Shown here piece by piece: positions 10,752-19,568 of a stretch of DNA of 64,000 nucleotides. Numbering within the stretch: position 1 is the stretch's first letter; every line of letters begins with the position of its first letter. Under the pieces are notes generated by a model. That model made no database searches. It saw only the letters and a list, made by a program, of their open reading frames with translations, and had not been told where the DNA came from. The position numbers were made by a program, and so were the translations under genes. The stretch spans positions 25,237 to 89,236 of the forward strand of contig QAKR01000043.1 of NCBI GenBank assembly GCA_003343705.1, in the 5' to 3' direction. The stretch is from Clostridiales bacterium. GTDB lineage: Bacteria; Bacillota; Clostridia; Oscillospirales; UBA644.

Positions 10752-11831
10752 ATGAGCATAAAGATGAAAACGCTTTCATGTGTGTTAGTTCTTGTTTTAC
10801 TTACCAGCACATCGGTTATTGCGACATCTGCACAAACCGAGGCTGCGGAATGGAATTATTATAACAGTATTGAGGTTTTTGTTACTGTCGATGAAGAGAA
10901 AATTTTTACCCCTGAAGATTTTCTGGAGGTAGACTGTTTAAAAGTCCTTGTAACAGAAAAAGAGGCATATGATGAATTTAAATACAGATTGATCATTGTT
11001 TTAAATCAATTCTGTGATGATGAAGAAATCGAAGCTGCGGTAAATGCAATAGCAGCAAATCCAATTGTAATATTAGCAAGAAGGAACACATTCGCGCCTT
11101 TTGAGTCAAAAATAGAGCTTAATGAATCGCGGATAAAATTAAAAGTCGGTGAAAAATTCGACTTAAAAATAACAGATGAAAAATTATATTCAACCGGCGG
11201 TATAAACAATAGTTTGACTTTTATCTTAGATCCGCAAATATATGATATTAATAATATAGAATTCGACATTTTTTCCGGTTATGGAGTAATAATAGAAAAT
11301 CAAGCGAAAAATATAGACGGAGAACCTGCTAACTTATTTAATGCGTCTACTTCAGACGAATCAAGATTCGAAATAATAGAAACTATAAACTCATTGTCAC
11401 ATTTACCAGGTATTAAGTATATTAATTTTGACTATCTGTCAAGCGGAGCCCGACCAACCGAAGCATGGGTGACAAGTGATAAAAGAATAGTAGATTTCAC
11501 AGAAGATCAATCTTCTTATGAAAGCGTGTTATCTGTTGGTAAAACTGTAACGGTAGAAGGTCTTAATGTAGGTATGGAGGAAATTTCTGTAACGCGTACA
11601 GCCGCGTTTGTCGCTCCGGTTACTGCAAGCTGTATTGTTACCGTTTATCTGCCTGGAGATCTAACCGAGGACGGTGAAGTCACCTTGGAAGATGCTATGA
11701 CTCTGTTTAGATATATTGCTGGGAAAACAACCTTAGGGCAAAATCAGTCTTATTCGGCAGACATGAATGAAGACAATGAAATTCGCCTTGACGATGCAAT
11801 GATTATCTTTAAACAAGTGGCAGGAAAATAA
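10752..11831 (+). CDS. secreted dockerin-containing protein of unknown function (paralog B)
   Basis: Signal peptide. Same domain order as paralog A. Dockerin segments DLTEDGEVTLEDA and DMNEDNEIRLDDA. Confidence 0.7.
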   Translation: MSIKMKTLSCVLVLVLLTSTSVIATSAQTEAAEWNYYNSIEVFVTVDEEKIFTPEDFLEVDCLKVLVTEKEAYDEFKYRLIIVLNQFCDDEEIEAAVNAIAANPIVILARRNTFAPFESKIELNESRIKLKVGEKFDLKITDEKLYSTGGINNSLTFILDPQIYDINNIEFDIFSGYGVIIENQAKNIDGEPANLFNASTSDESRFEIIETINSLSHLPGIKYINFDYLSSGARPTEAWVTSDKRIVDFTEDQSSYESVLSVGKTVTVEGLNVGMEEISVTRTAAFVAPVTASCIVTVYLPGDLTEDGEVTLEDAMTLFRYIAGKTTLGQNQSYSADMNEDNEIRLDDAMIIFKQVAGK

Positions 11832-11920
11832 GCTTAAATTTTTTAAATATTTTATATTAGGTATATGAAAATGAATATTAGAAATTATAGCAGAATTTTT
11901 TTATTTTAAATAAACTATAT

Positions 11921-11965
11921 TTAAAAGCGGAACGCCGGTTTAATAAACCAGCGTTCCGTTGTCGT
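11921..11965. terminator. hairpin shared by convergent genes (dockerin paralog B and ypeB)
   Basis: gcggaacgc / gcgttccgt stem. The right arm lies inside the 3' end of the ypeB CDS. An A/T run flanks each side. Confidence 0.45.
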
Positions 11966-13280
11966 TTTGCAATAGTATAAGAATTTTTTCTTCTCTGCCT
12001 GTTTGGGCGTTTATATAAACCAATGCATCATTTTCACCATCTATTAAAAACTCATAACAAAAAACTTCTCCGCCACCGTCAGTGGGAATAAAAGTCTTTT
12101 TTGTTGCGCTTGGTGCAGACGACAAGTTTAACTTTGTTGCTGCATTTTCTGCACTTATTGCTGTTTCAAATTTACGTGTGGTATTATGGTTTAATAAATA
12201 ATTTGAAGCATCTATAAATACTGCTTCACCGTTATCAAGGGCCACACCAACTTTTATTAAATCAGTATAGCACATAACATCATTTTGCACATATGCGTAA
12301 TTAACTACAAGAACGTTCCCGCTTTCTATATAATAAGTTTCTTTCATGTTTTTATAACCGAGTTTTTCAAGCTCACTTTTACCTCTTGAAACAGCTTCTT
12401 CAAAAGAAATGGCAGCATCTTCTATTGCACGTGCATTTGAAAGGTACTTAACATAACCACCTGCTTCTGTAATATATGCATCACATGTTCCAAAATTGTA
12501 GTAATAACATTGTTGGCCTAAATAATCAACTTTGCTTTGCAATTGAGGGCTATATTGTGATACATTAAGCGCATAAGCACATATTTGCTGTGCCTTTTCT
12601 TCCGTAACAGGATCTTTCCCGGGCAGAAAAACAGATTCCTTATTCATATTTCCTTCAGAAAACGGGCCGTCATATATAAGAGTCGGTAAAGCTTGTATAT
12701 CACTCTCTATCTTCGCAAATCCTGTAGGTTCTGCATCTTCGGCAATATCTTCCGCGCTTTTAAACATTTCCGTTAAAGCCTGTGCATTAGGATTTTCATC
12801 TAAAACCTTCTCTTCTGCACTTAAAAAAGACTTACAAACACCATATACTTCGGATGTCAATTTTTTAAGGTTTGAAGATTCATCTTCTGTCAAAGTGTCT
12901 CCTGAAAGCATTTTTTTTGCAAGAGCAAAAGCATAATCAGCTGTTACAGATAACAAGCTTGATGTCTTTTTTAAACCTGTTTCAGACCCCGGCAGCTGTT
13001 CAAAAGCTGTTTTAACGCCTTCTGCTGAAGACCGTATCTGAGAAACAAGCGTCACAAACTGATATGCACTTTTTGCATATTCCAGCTTTTGTAAGCTGGA
13101 TAAAAGTGTTTCTGATAAGGCTGCAACTTCAGCTATGTTTTTTTGATAAGCCGAAGATAAAACATATCTTGTATTACGGCTTTCATACCAGGACTGAATT
13201 GCAAAACCTCCTAAAACAAGAATAACAGCAAGAGTTAAAGAAATAATTTTAACAAACGTCCGAGTTGTTAATTTAATCAT
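11940..13280 (-). CDS. ypeB: germination protein YpeB-like (N-terminal TM anchor, C-terminal PepSY-like region)
   Basis: About 446 aa with a single N-terminal TM helix and a helical region resembling Bacillus YpeB. I prefer the ATG at 13280 (RBS gggtga 8 nt upstream) over the ORF-track TTG at 13295. Confidence 0.55.
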   Translation of the reverse strand: MIKLTTRTFVKIISLTLAVILVLGGFAIQSWYESRNTRYVLSSAYQKNIAEVAALSETLLSSLQKLEYAKSAYQFVTLVSQIRSSAEGVKTAFEQLPGSETGLKKTSSLLSVTADYAFALAKKMLSGDTLTEDESSNLKKLTSEVYGVCKSFLSAEEKVLDENPNAQALTEMFKSAEDIAEDAEPTGFAKIESDIQALPTLIYDGPFSEGNMNKESVFLPGKDPVTEEKAQQICAYALNVSQYSPQLQSKVDYLGQQCYYYNFGTCDAYITEAGGYVKYLSNARAIEDAAISFEEAVSRGKSELEKLGYKNMKETYYIESGNVLVVNYAYVQNDVMCYTDLIKVGVALDNGEAVFIDASNYLLNHNTTRKFETAISAENAATKLNLSSAPSATKKTFIPTDGGGEVFCYEFLIDGENDALVYINAQTGREEKILILLQNDNGTLVY

Positions 13281-13494
13281 TTTATAATCACCCAATAAGT
13301 ATTTTTTACAAATGTTAGCTAAATATTCCTGTAACTCTTTACTAAATTAAAAAAATATGTTATACTTATAATACTAATTTTTATTTAACAGGTTGATAAA
13401 ATAAAACAATATTTTGGAAAGCTTTGTAAAATTAGTAATGGAAAACTTTTATACTATAATAAAAATAAAATAGTATAAAGTATACGTTTGAGAG

Positions 13495-14460
13495 GTGCTT
13501 TTTTTGGAGAATACAATTATATTTGAGAACGAAAAAATGTTTAGCGTACCTGTAAAAATTGTAGACAGCTATCTTTCAGCTCCTGAAACGGAACTGAGAC
13601 TTATACTTTTTTTACTGCGTAACCAAAACACCTCGTTTACAAAAAATGATATTTTAACTGCACTCGGGGTTGATGAGCAACGTGCAGATAAAGCTTTTGA
13701 ATATTGGTGTAAAGCAGGGATTTTATATAGTTACGGGAATCGATTCACCCTTGAAAGACCTAAAATAGCTGCATCCGAAATTATGAAATATTCAGCGGAC
13801 CAAATTGCAAAGCGTATAGAAGAAGATGACGGTGTACGCTTTTTACACGCGACTGCCGAAAAAATACTTCGTAAACCTCTTTCAACAGCTGACAGTTCTA
13901 TAATACTTTCACTTATGGACTGGGATGGGCTTCCGCCGGAAGTTGCAGCTCTTTTAATACAGTATGCCGCAGAACAAGGTTTCGGGCTTTCCCGAATTCA
14001 AAAAATGGGTATTGAATGGGCGGAAAAAGAAATAAATACATATGACAAAGCTGAAGCATATGTAACAACCGAGGCAGAGAAAAGAAATCACCTCAATGCT
14101 ATTGCACGTTTATTAGGGATTTCTCACCGTGCCCTTACAGAAGCCGAAAAAAAGATATTCACATCTTGGAACACAGAACTTGGATACGGAGCTGAAATGA
14201 TTCGGCATGCTTACGACGAAACAATAAAAAACACAGGAAAATACTCATATCAATATATGGATAAAATTCTAACATCCTGGCGTCGTGACGGCTTTAAATG
14301 CGTTGAAGACACTGAAAAAGCTTCCTCTGAGGAGAGAAAAGTTGTACGAGGTGCAAAAAAGACAATGCCTAAAAACACTGCTGGGAAGAAGAAACAAAAG
14401 GGCGATTGGGATATTATAATGCGCCAATTAGAGGAGGGCACGCAAGATGAAGAAGAATGA
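13495..14460 (+). CDS. DnaD-domain replication initiation / primosome protein (DnaB/DnaD-like)
   Basis: Two DnaD-like repeats (LSRIQKMGIEWAEKEINTY and YMDKILTSWRRDGF). Basic C-terminal tail. The start is uncertain (GTG at 13495 or ATG at 13537). Confidence 0.7.
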   Translation: MLFLENTIIFENEKMFSVPVKIVDSYLSAPETELRLILFLLRNQNTSFTKNDILTALGVDEQRADKAFEYWCKAGILYSYGNRFTLERPKIAASEIMKYSADQIAKRIEEDDGVRFLHATAEKILRKPLSTADSSIILSLMDWDGLPPEVAALLIQYAAEQGFGLSRIQKMGIEWAEKEINTYDKAEAYVTTEAEKRNHLNAIARLLGISHRALTEAEKKIFTSWNTELGYGAEMIRHAYDETIKNTGKYSYQYMDKILTSWRRDGFKCVEDTEKASSEERKVVRGAKKTMPKNTAGKKKQKGDWDIIMRQLEEGTQDEEE

Positions 14461-15403
14461 TTATTATGCCGCAGCGCTGCGTCGGCTTAGCGACTATCGT
14501 TGTTCAGCATTACAAAAACAGGCTGATAACATTGCTACTGCTTATAAAAAAATTCCTAAACTTGCAGAAATAGATATTAAACTAAAAAAGAATATGCGCG
14601 AATTTATGGAAGCGTCAATGTCTGATAATTTCACCGATGAACAAGCACAAAAATACAGCTCTCGTTCACTTGATTTGCAAGCAACCAGAGCTGAAATGCT
14701 TTATGAAAAAGGATTCCCTATCGGGTTTATGGATGTTCAATATCACTGTACCGAATGTGAAGATGAAGGATACATAAACGGTAGAATGTGTAAATGTCTG
14801 AAAAAGCTTATTGCAGATGAATATATGAAAAATTCAAATATTGCAACAAATTATCGTAATCGGACATTTAAAAATGTGGACTTATCTCTTTTCGGAAATG
14901 AAAACGAAAAAACAATGAAGCTCATTGTTTCCTTTTGTAAAAAGTATGTTAAAGAGTTTACTTCAAACAAGCAAAACCTATTTTTCGCAGGAGTTCCCGG
15001 TAGCGGAAAAACATTTATGTCTACTGTGATAGGAACGGAGCTTATAAATAGCGATGTTTTTGTTTTTTATACATCTTCTCAAGATATGATTTCTTCTTTT
15101 GAAGCTGAAAAATTCGGAAAAGATATTTCCTCTGCTGTTGAAACGGATTTATATACAACGTGTGAACTTCTGATAATAGACGACTTAGGAACCGAGTTTA
15201 ACACACCGTTTGCAGAAAGTGTTATATATAATGTTATTAACACCCGTATAAACAAAAGTCTGCCCATAATTATCAGTTCAAATTATACACCGGAAGAATT
15301 CGAAGGAATGTATAATGACAGGCTTATATCAAGAATTAATTATGATTTTACTTTAATTTCATTTCCTGATATTGATATTCGTAAAAAGAAAAAAGAAAAA
15401 TAA
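14447..15403 (+). CDS. DnaI/DnaC-like helicase loader ATPase
   Basis: N-terminal Cys cluster CTECEDEGY..CKC. Walker A GVPGSGKT and Walker B LLIIDDLG. Overlaps the dnaD-like stop. RBS gaggaggg. Confidence 0.8.
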   Translation: MKKNDYYAAALRRLSDYRCSALQKQADNIATAYKKIPKLAEIDIKLKKNMREFMEASMSDNFTDEQAQKYSSRSLDLQATRAEMLYEKGFPIGFMDVQYHCTECEDEGYINGRMCKCLKKLIADEYMKNSNIATNYRNRTFKNVDLSLFGNENEKTMKLIVSFCKKYVKEFTSNKQNLFFAGVPGSGKTFMSTVIGTELINSDVFVFYTSSQDMISSFEAEKFGKDISSAVETDLYTTCELLIIDDLGTEFNTPFAESVIYNVINTRINKSLPIIISSNYTPEEFEGMYNDRLISRINYDFTLISFPDIDIRKKKKEK

Positions 15404-15414
15404 TATTAACTTAT

Positions 15415-15465
15415 AAAAAAAAGAGCATAATGGCAAACAACACTGCCATCATGCTCTCTTTTTTT
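15415..15465. terminator. bidirectional terminator between the dnaI-like and SDR genes
   Basis: agagcat-a-atggca ... tgccat-c-atgctct compound stem flanked by an A-run and a T-run. Confidence 0.7.
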
Positions 15466-16219
15466 ATCTCATTTTACTGTTTTGAATATTATAAACAATT
15501 TTTAAAACTGTTTTATCTGTAACAAATCGACTGAGAGGTTTAAGAAACTTCATTATAAAAGAAGGGACTATAACAAGTTTCTTTCTCATCATCTGTTTAT
15601 AAGCATATTCAGCAACATCTTTAGCATTTGCACCAAAGCCTGCAAATGAGACATTTGCAACTTTTTCAAATTCAGTTGAAACAGGGCCGGGGCATAAGAC
15701 ACTGATATGAACGTTCGATTTTTCACGCCGAAGTTCTTCATATATGCCTAAAGTCAAACTGTGAACATATGATTTTGTTGCATAATATGCAGAAAATATC
15801 GGGCCACCCGGTACAAGTGCTGCCAGAGAAGCAGTGTTTAAAATATATCCATTGTTTCTTTTCTTAAAGTCAATTAAAAAAAGCTTACATAAAATATGCA
15901 TTGCAGTTACGTTTGTATCAATCATTGTAAGTTCGTCTTCAAGGCTTGTCTTATCAAACTCCCCAAAAACACCAAACCCTGCATTATTTATAAAAATATC
16001 TATATTTTCATCTTTTAATGTCTCATGAAGATCTATACATTTTTGTCGTAAAGAAAGATCTGTTGTTATTATACGTACGTTTGTTTTCAACTCACTTGCT
16101 AAATCTCTTAATGCAGCTTCACGCCTGGCCACAATAATAAGATCATAGCCTTTATTTGATAATAATTTTGCAAATTCGCGCCCTATACCAGATGATGCGC
16201 CTGTTATCAGTGCTAACAT
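15464..16219 (-). CDS. SDR family oxidoreductase
   Basis: TGASSGIG cofactor motif, NNAG, and the YATKSYV (YxxxK) catalytic motif. Confidence 0.85.
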   Translation of the reverse strand: MLALITGASSGIGREFAKLLSNKGYDLIIVARREAALRDLASELKTNVRIITTDLSLRQKCIDLHETLKDENIDIFINNAGFGVFGEFDKTSLEDELTMIDTNVTAMHILCKLFLIDFKKRNNGYILNTASLAALVPGGPIFSAYYATKSYVHSLTLGIYEELRREKSNVHISVLCPGPVSTEFEKVANVSFAGFGANAKDVAEYAYKQMMRKKLVIVPSFIMKFLKPLSRFVTDKTVLKIVYNIQNSKMR

Positions 16220-16278
16220 TTTTATGCCTCCGAATATTTTATAAAATTTAGAATAAACTTGTATTGAGGTGACGTATT

Positions 16279-16749
16279 ATGAAAAGAATAGACTGGAAAT
16301 TATTAATTTTTGCATTAGCAGTGCCTCTTTTAGTTGGGGGGCTTGCCGGAATTAGCACAATGGGGTCAATGGAATTTTACAATAGCCTTGAACTCCCGTC
16401 CTTTGCTCCGCCGGGATGGGTTTTCCCCGTTGCATGGACTATACTATATGCACTTATGGGCCTTGCATCATACTTTATCATGATACAACCTAAAAGCCAA
16501 CAAAAGAAAGATGCCTTACGGCTTTATTATTTCCAACTTATAATTAACTTTTTTTGGCCTATAATCTTTTTCAACATGGAAAATATAACTATAGCTCTTT
16601 TCTGGCTTATCATATTACTAATTATTAGCATAGCAACGCTTATCCTCTTTTTTAAAGAAGATAAGCGTGCAGGATGGATGTTTTTACCTTATGTCCTGTG
16701 GCTGATTTTTGCTACGGTGCTCAATTTTAGTGTTGTTTTATTAAATTAA
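16279..16749 (+). CDS. tspO: TspO/MBR family tryptophan-rich sensory protein
   Basis: Five TM helices with Trp-rich blocks GWVFPVAWTILY and WPIIFF. RBS gaggtga. Confidence 0.85.
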   Translation: MKRIDWKLLIFALAVPLLVGGLAGISTMGSMEFYNSLELPSFAPPGWVFPVAWTILYALMGLASYFIMIQPKSQQKKDALRLYYFQLIINFFWPIIFFNMENITIALFWLIILLIISIATLILFFKEDKRAGWMFLPYVLWLIFATVLNFSVVLLN

Positions 16750-19382
16750 AAATAGTAATAGTAGCTTAATCTGCCCATGGGGAAAGATTTTCCTGTTACG
16801 TAGTAATTGCATATATCAAGATAATCAGTGATATTATCTGCAATCTTGAAGTAGAAGCCGGTCTCGCTGCCTGTCGCGCCAATGGCGGAAAGCGGGACGG
16901 CTATTTGTATATTCTTACCTGACATTGATATTGTCGCTGTCCCTACCTTAACGCCTGTTGTACCGTCGGCATTAAGAAGATTGATGCTGCCGGTACCGGT
17001 CATTCCCGAATTAAGGGTTGTAGCAGTACGATTTACAACATACTTATACCCTTCCCAACCTTGAGCTTTCAAGCTTCCTACACTTAAAAATACATTCATC
17101 CAACGGTCTGAACTGGTTAATGCCGATGAACCGTTTCCAACAGCGTTTGCTGACGTTGTTATTAAAAAATAAATATTTTTACTATCATTAGTAATTTTTA
17201 CTCCTGTAATATTATTTACAGGGGCAGCAGCTCTGTAAAGAGACTTATCTTCCGGCAGAAGAGACCCGGCAACAGGAGTGGCATACCGGTTATATGAATA
17301 AAACTGAACATTGCGATAATTATTTGTAACATCATTCCATTGTGTAAAGTCTGATATATTATTTACATCAATGGTCTTTTTTACTGTTTGAGACATATTG
17401 CCGTATTCACCTTTATAACGGCGTATGTTAGATATCATCTGTAAATAAAAGCTGTCTTCAAATCCGCCTGTAACAGGCTCAATATCTCTTGAAAACTCAG
17501 GATTATATTGATCACAGAAATATATAACTCCTCCAGCGTCTACGGAATTGTCTTTTGTAACAGTCCACTCATTCCACCCTGTCATAAATACAGTTGTAGC
17601 GCCTTTTTCTAATGCTATATCCCACTGTCTTTGGAAATTCTGACCAAGCCCATAACTGTCTTCATTACGATTTCCCGCTGCATCCGTTCCTCGACCCCAG
17701 TTGTTACCGGTACGGGGGAGAGCCGTATGGGGGGTTATCGGGGCAAAGGAAAATCCACCGTTTCTATGTTGTGCAACAGAAACACAAATAGTTTTATCTG
17801 CATGCATATAAGGCTCGAAAACCCACTCAATCCAAGGAAATCCTTGATAACCATAATCATCAAGTGTTCCCCATTCACCTTGTTGCGGCCAGTATGAAGG
17901 CCTAACATCCATATTTGCAGCAACCTCGGCTGTAGGATTATCGCCTATAATTAGAGGTTTACCGTTGGGCGCATAATATAAATCTCCATATTTTGCAGTA
18001 TATAAAGAGTTGGAATAGAGAGTGTTGTAAACCTCAGTCATTGTAGACGATGAATAAAAATGAGTATAAAAACCTATTTTAGGAACATTCCAACCTTCAT
18101 CTTTATATTTACGTAAAGCTTTAAGCACCGTGAAGTATGAGTCTTGATACACTATTGCATTAGTGACATCAAATAAAATATAATCAATTCCGGCACTTGA
18201 AAGCATCTCAATATGCCGATTTACAACCCATGGTTCGCCGGAACGGTAATACCCGAATACGGGTTTTCCCCAGAAAAACGTCATACCAAACGCATATGGG
18301 GAATATAAAACATCCTCTTCTTTTCCTTCTGCTATAAGTTGTGTTATGTCATAAATTTGTGTTTGCCCTGAGGGGATATGCGGGCCGGTTGCGAGAAAAT
18401 AAAAGATACCCACATCCTTATTGTTATCAAAACCGGAAACAGGCTCAAATGTTCTGCCGTACATATCAACACCGCAAAGATAGTTAAAGTTCAGCCCATT
18501 TGAATATGTTTGTGCAGAGTTTGAAAAAGTTGTTCCGTCCACAACCGCATAGAAAGATGTTTTTTTATCTCCATATACTACATTAATATTTTTTTGACCT
18601 CTGGATGTAGATGAAAAACCTGAAACTGTTGTAGCTGATAAGTCAACCATCTCTTTTATTCCTTCGGAATATGTAGCAAATATTTTGCCACCTTCAACAG
18701 AAAGATTTTCGTTTATTTTATATTCTGTTTTAATCGGAGGAACGCATATTTCAATATCAGTAACAATGCCTTTATCGGAAAGAGAGCTTTCCAAAACTTT
18801 ACGAGCTAAAGATGTCGAAAGCTTATCCGTTTCAAAAAGAGCATTTGTCTGTTCAGCACCTGTTAATATTCGATTACCTACAACAGCTTGCAAAATATAT
18901 CTTGCGTCAGTTGTAGAGACCTTGCCGTCAAGATTTGTATCATTTTTTATCTGAGACCCAATAATATCAACATATTTAACAATATTTTCAGCGGTAACAG
19001 CCTCTTGCCCGGCTAATGCAGATTTAACGTAAAGATTAAATTTATATGAGCCTACATAAGCTTTATCTGAAACATTAAAAACCACAGAGCATACATTGGA
19101 TAAGGTATTACCTGAAAAATTCAAAGTAACATCCCCAGATGAATCATTCGCTGTTGCTCCGCTTACACTTGCATAGGAAAACATAGCTGCATCGTAACTC
19201 AGAGTTAAATTTGCCGATGTGAGCGGCTGTGCGTCGGAATAAAGTATATCAAGCCGTACGCTGTTACCGGCATACGTATACCCTGCTTGCATTGTAAATT
19301 CTGATGTTTGTGCATTTGAAGAAAATACTGATGCCAAAATAAACAAAAATGTTAATGAGAAGACTAACGTTAGTTTTTTCAT
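16746..19382 (-). CDS. secreted multidomain protein: cohesin-like, dockerin-like, Ig-like, putative (beta/alpha)8 glycoside hydrolase and C-terminal beta-sandwich
   Basis: Signal peptide. LTLSYDAAMFSYASVSG is a cohesin-like block. NDTNLDGKVSTTDARYILQ is a dockerin Ca-loop. FGYYRSGEPWVVNRHIEMLSSAGIDYILFDVTN is a GH99-like/TIM-barrel-like block. The family assignment is uncertain. Confidence 0.6.
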   Translation of the reverse strand: MKKLTLVFSLTFLFILASVFSSNAQTSEFTMQAGYTYAGNSVRLDILYSDAQPLTSANLTLSYDAAMFSYASVSGATANDSSGDVTLNFSGNTLSNVCSVVFNVSDKAYVGSYKFNLYVKSALAGQEAVTAENIVKYVDIIGSQIKNDTNLDGKVSTTDARYILQAVVGNRILTGAEQTNALFETDKLSTSLARKVLESSLSDKGIVTDIEICVPPIKTEYKINENLSVEGGKIFATYSEGIKEMVDLSATTVSGFSSTSRGQKNINVVYGDKKTSFYAVVDGTTFSNSAQTYSNGLNFNYLCGVDMYGRTFEPVSGFDNNKDVGIFYFLATGPHIPSGQTQIYDITQLIAEGKEEDVLYSPYAFGMTFFWGKPVFGYYRSGEPWVVNRHIEMLSSAGIDYILFDVTNAIVYQDSYFTVLKALRKYKDEGWNVPKIGFYTHFYSSSTMTEVYNTLYSNSLYTAKYGDLYYAPNGKPLIIGDNPTAEVAANMDVRPSYWPQQGEWGTLDDYGYQGFPWIEWVFEPYMHADKTICVSVAQHRNGGFSFAPITPHTALPRTGNNWGRGTDAAGNRNEDSYGLGQNFQRQWDIALEKGATTVFMTGWNEWTVTKDNSVDAGGVIYFCDQYNPEFSRDIEPVTGGFEDSFYLQMISNIRRYKGEYGNMSQTVKKTIDVNNISDFTQWNDVTNNYRNVQFYSYNRYATPVAGSLLPEDKSLYRAAAPVNNITGVKITNDSKNIYFLITTSANAVGNGSSALTSSDRWMNVFLSVGSLKAQGWEGYKYVVNRTATTLNSGMTGTGSINLLNADGTTGVKVGTATISMSGKNIQIAVPLSAIGATGSETGFYFKIADNITDYLDICNYYVTGKSFPMGRLSYYYYF

Positions 19383-19476
19383 ATAATCACCTACTTAAGC
19401 TAAATATTAATTAAAAACTATTACTTTAATAATTAACAATTTATTACATAATAACATAAATACAAATTAAATGCAA

Positions 19477-19513
19477 GAAAAAACACATATCACAAATAAA
19501 TTTGTGATATGTG
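19477..19513 (-). terminator. intrinsic terminator of the EamA transporter gene
   Basis: cacatatcacaaa / tttgtgatatgtg form a 13-bp stem followed by a U-run on the minus strand. Confidence 0.7.
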
Positions 19514-19568
19514 ACAATGTTAATTATTCTGTTTTGTATAAATTAACAAATATATTTTTTATGTTATT

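Noticed and set aside
13495-15403. DnaD/DnaI-like pair as a marker of a prophage or plasmid remnant
   Set aside because: There are no neighbouring phage structural, integrase or repressor genes, and the flanking genes are chromosomal housekeeping types.
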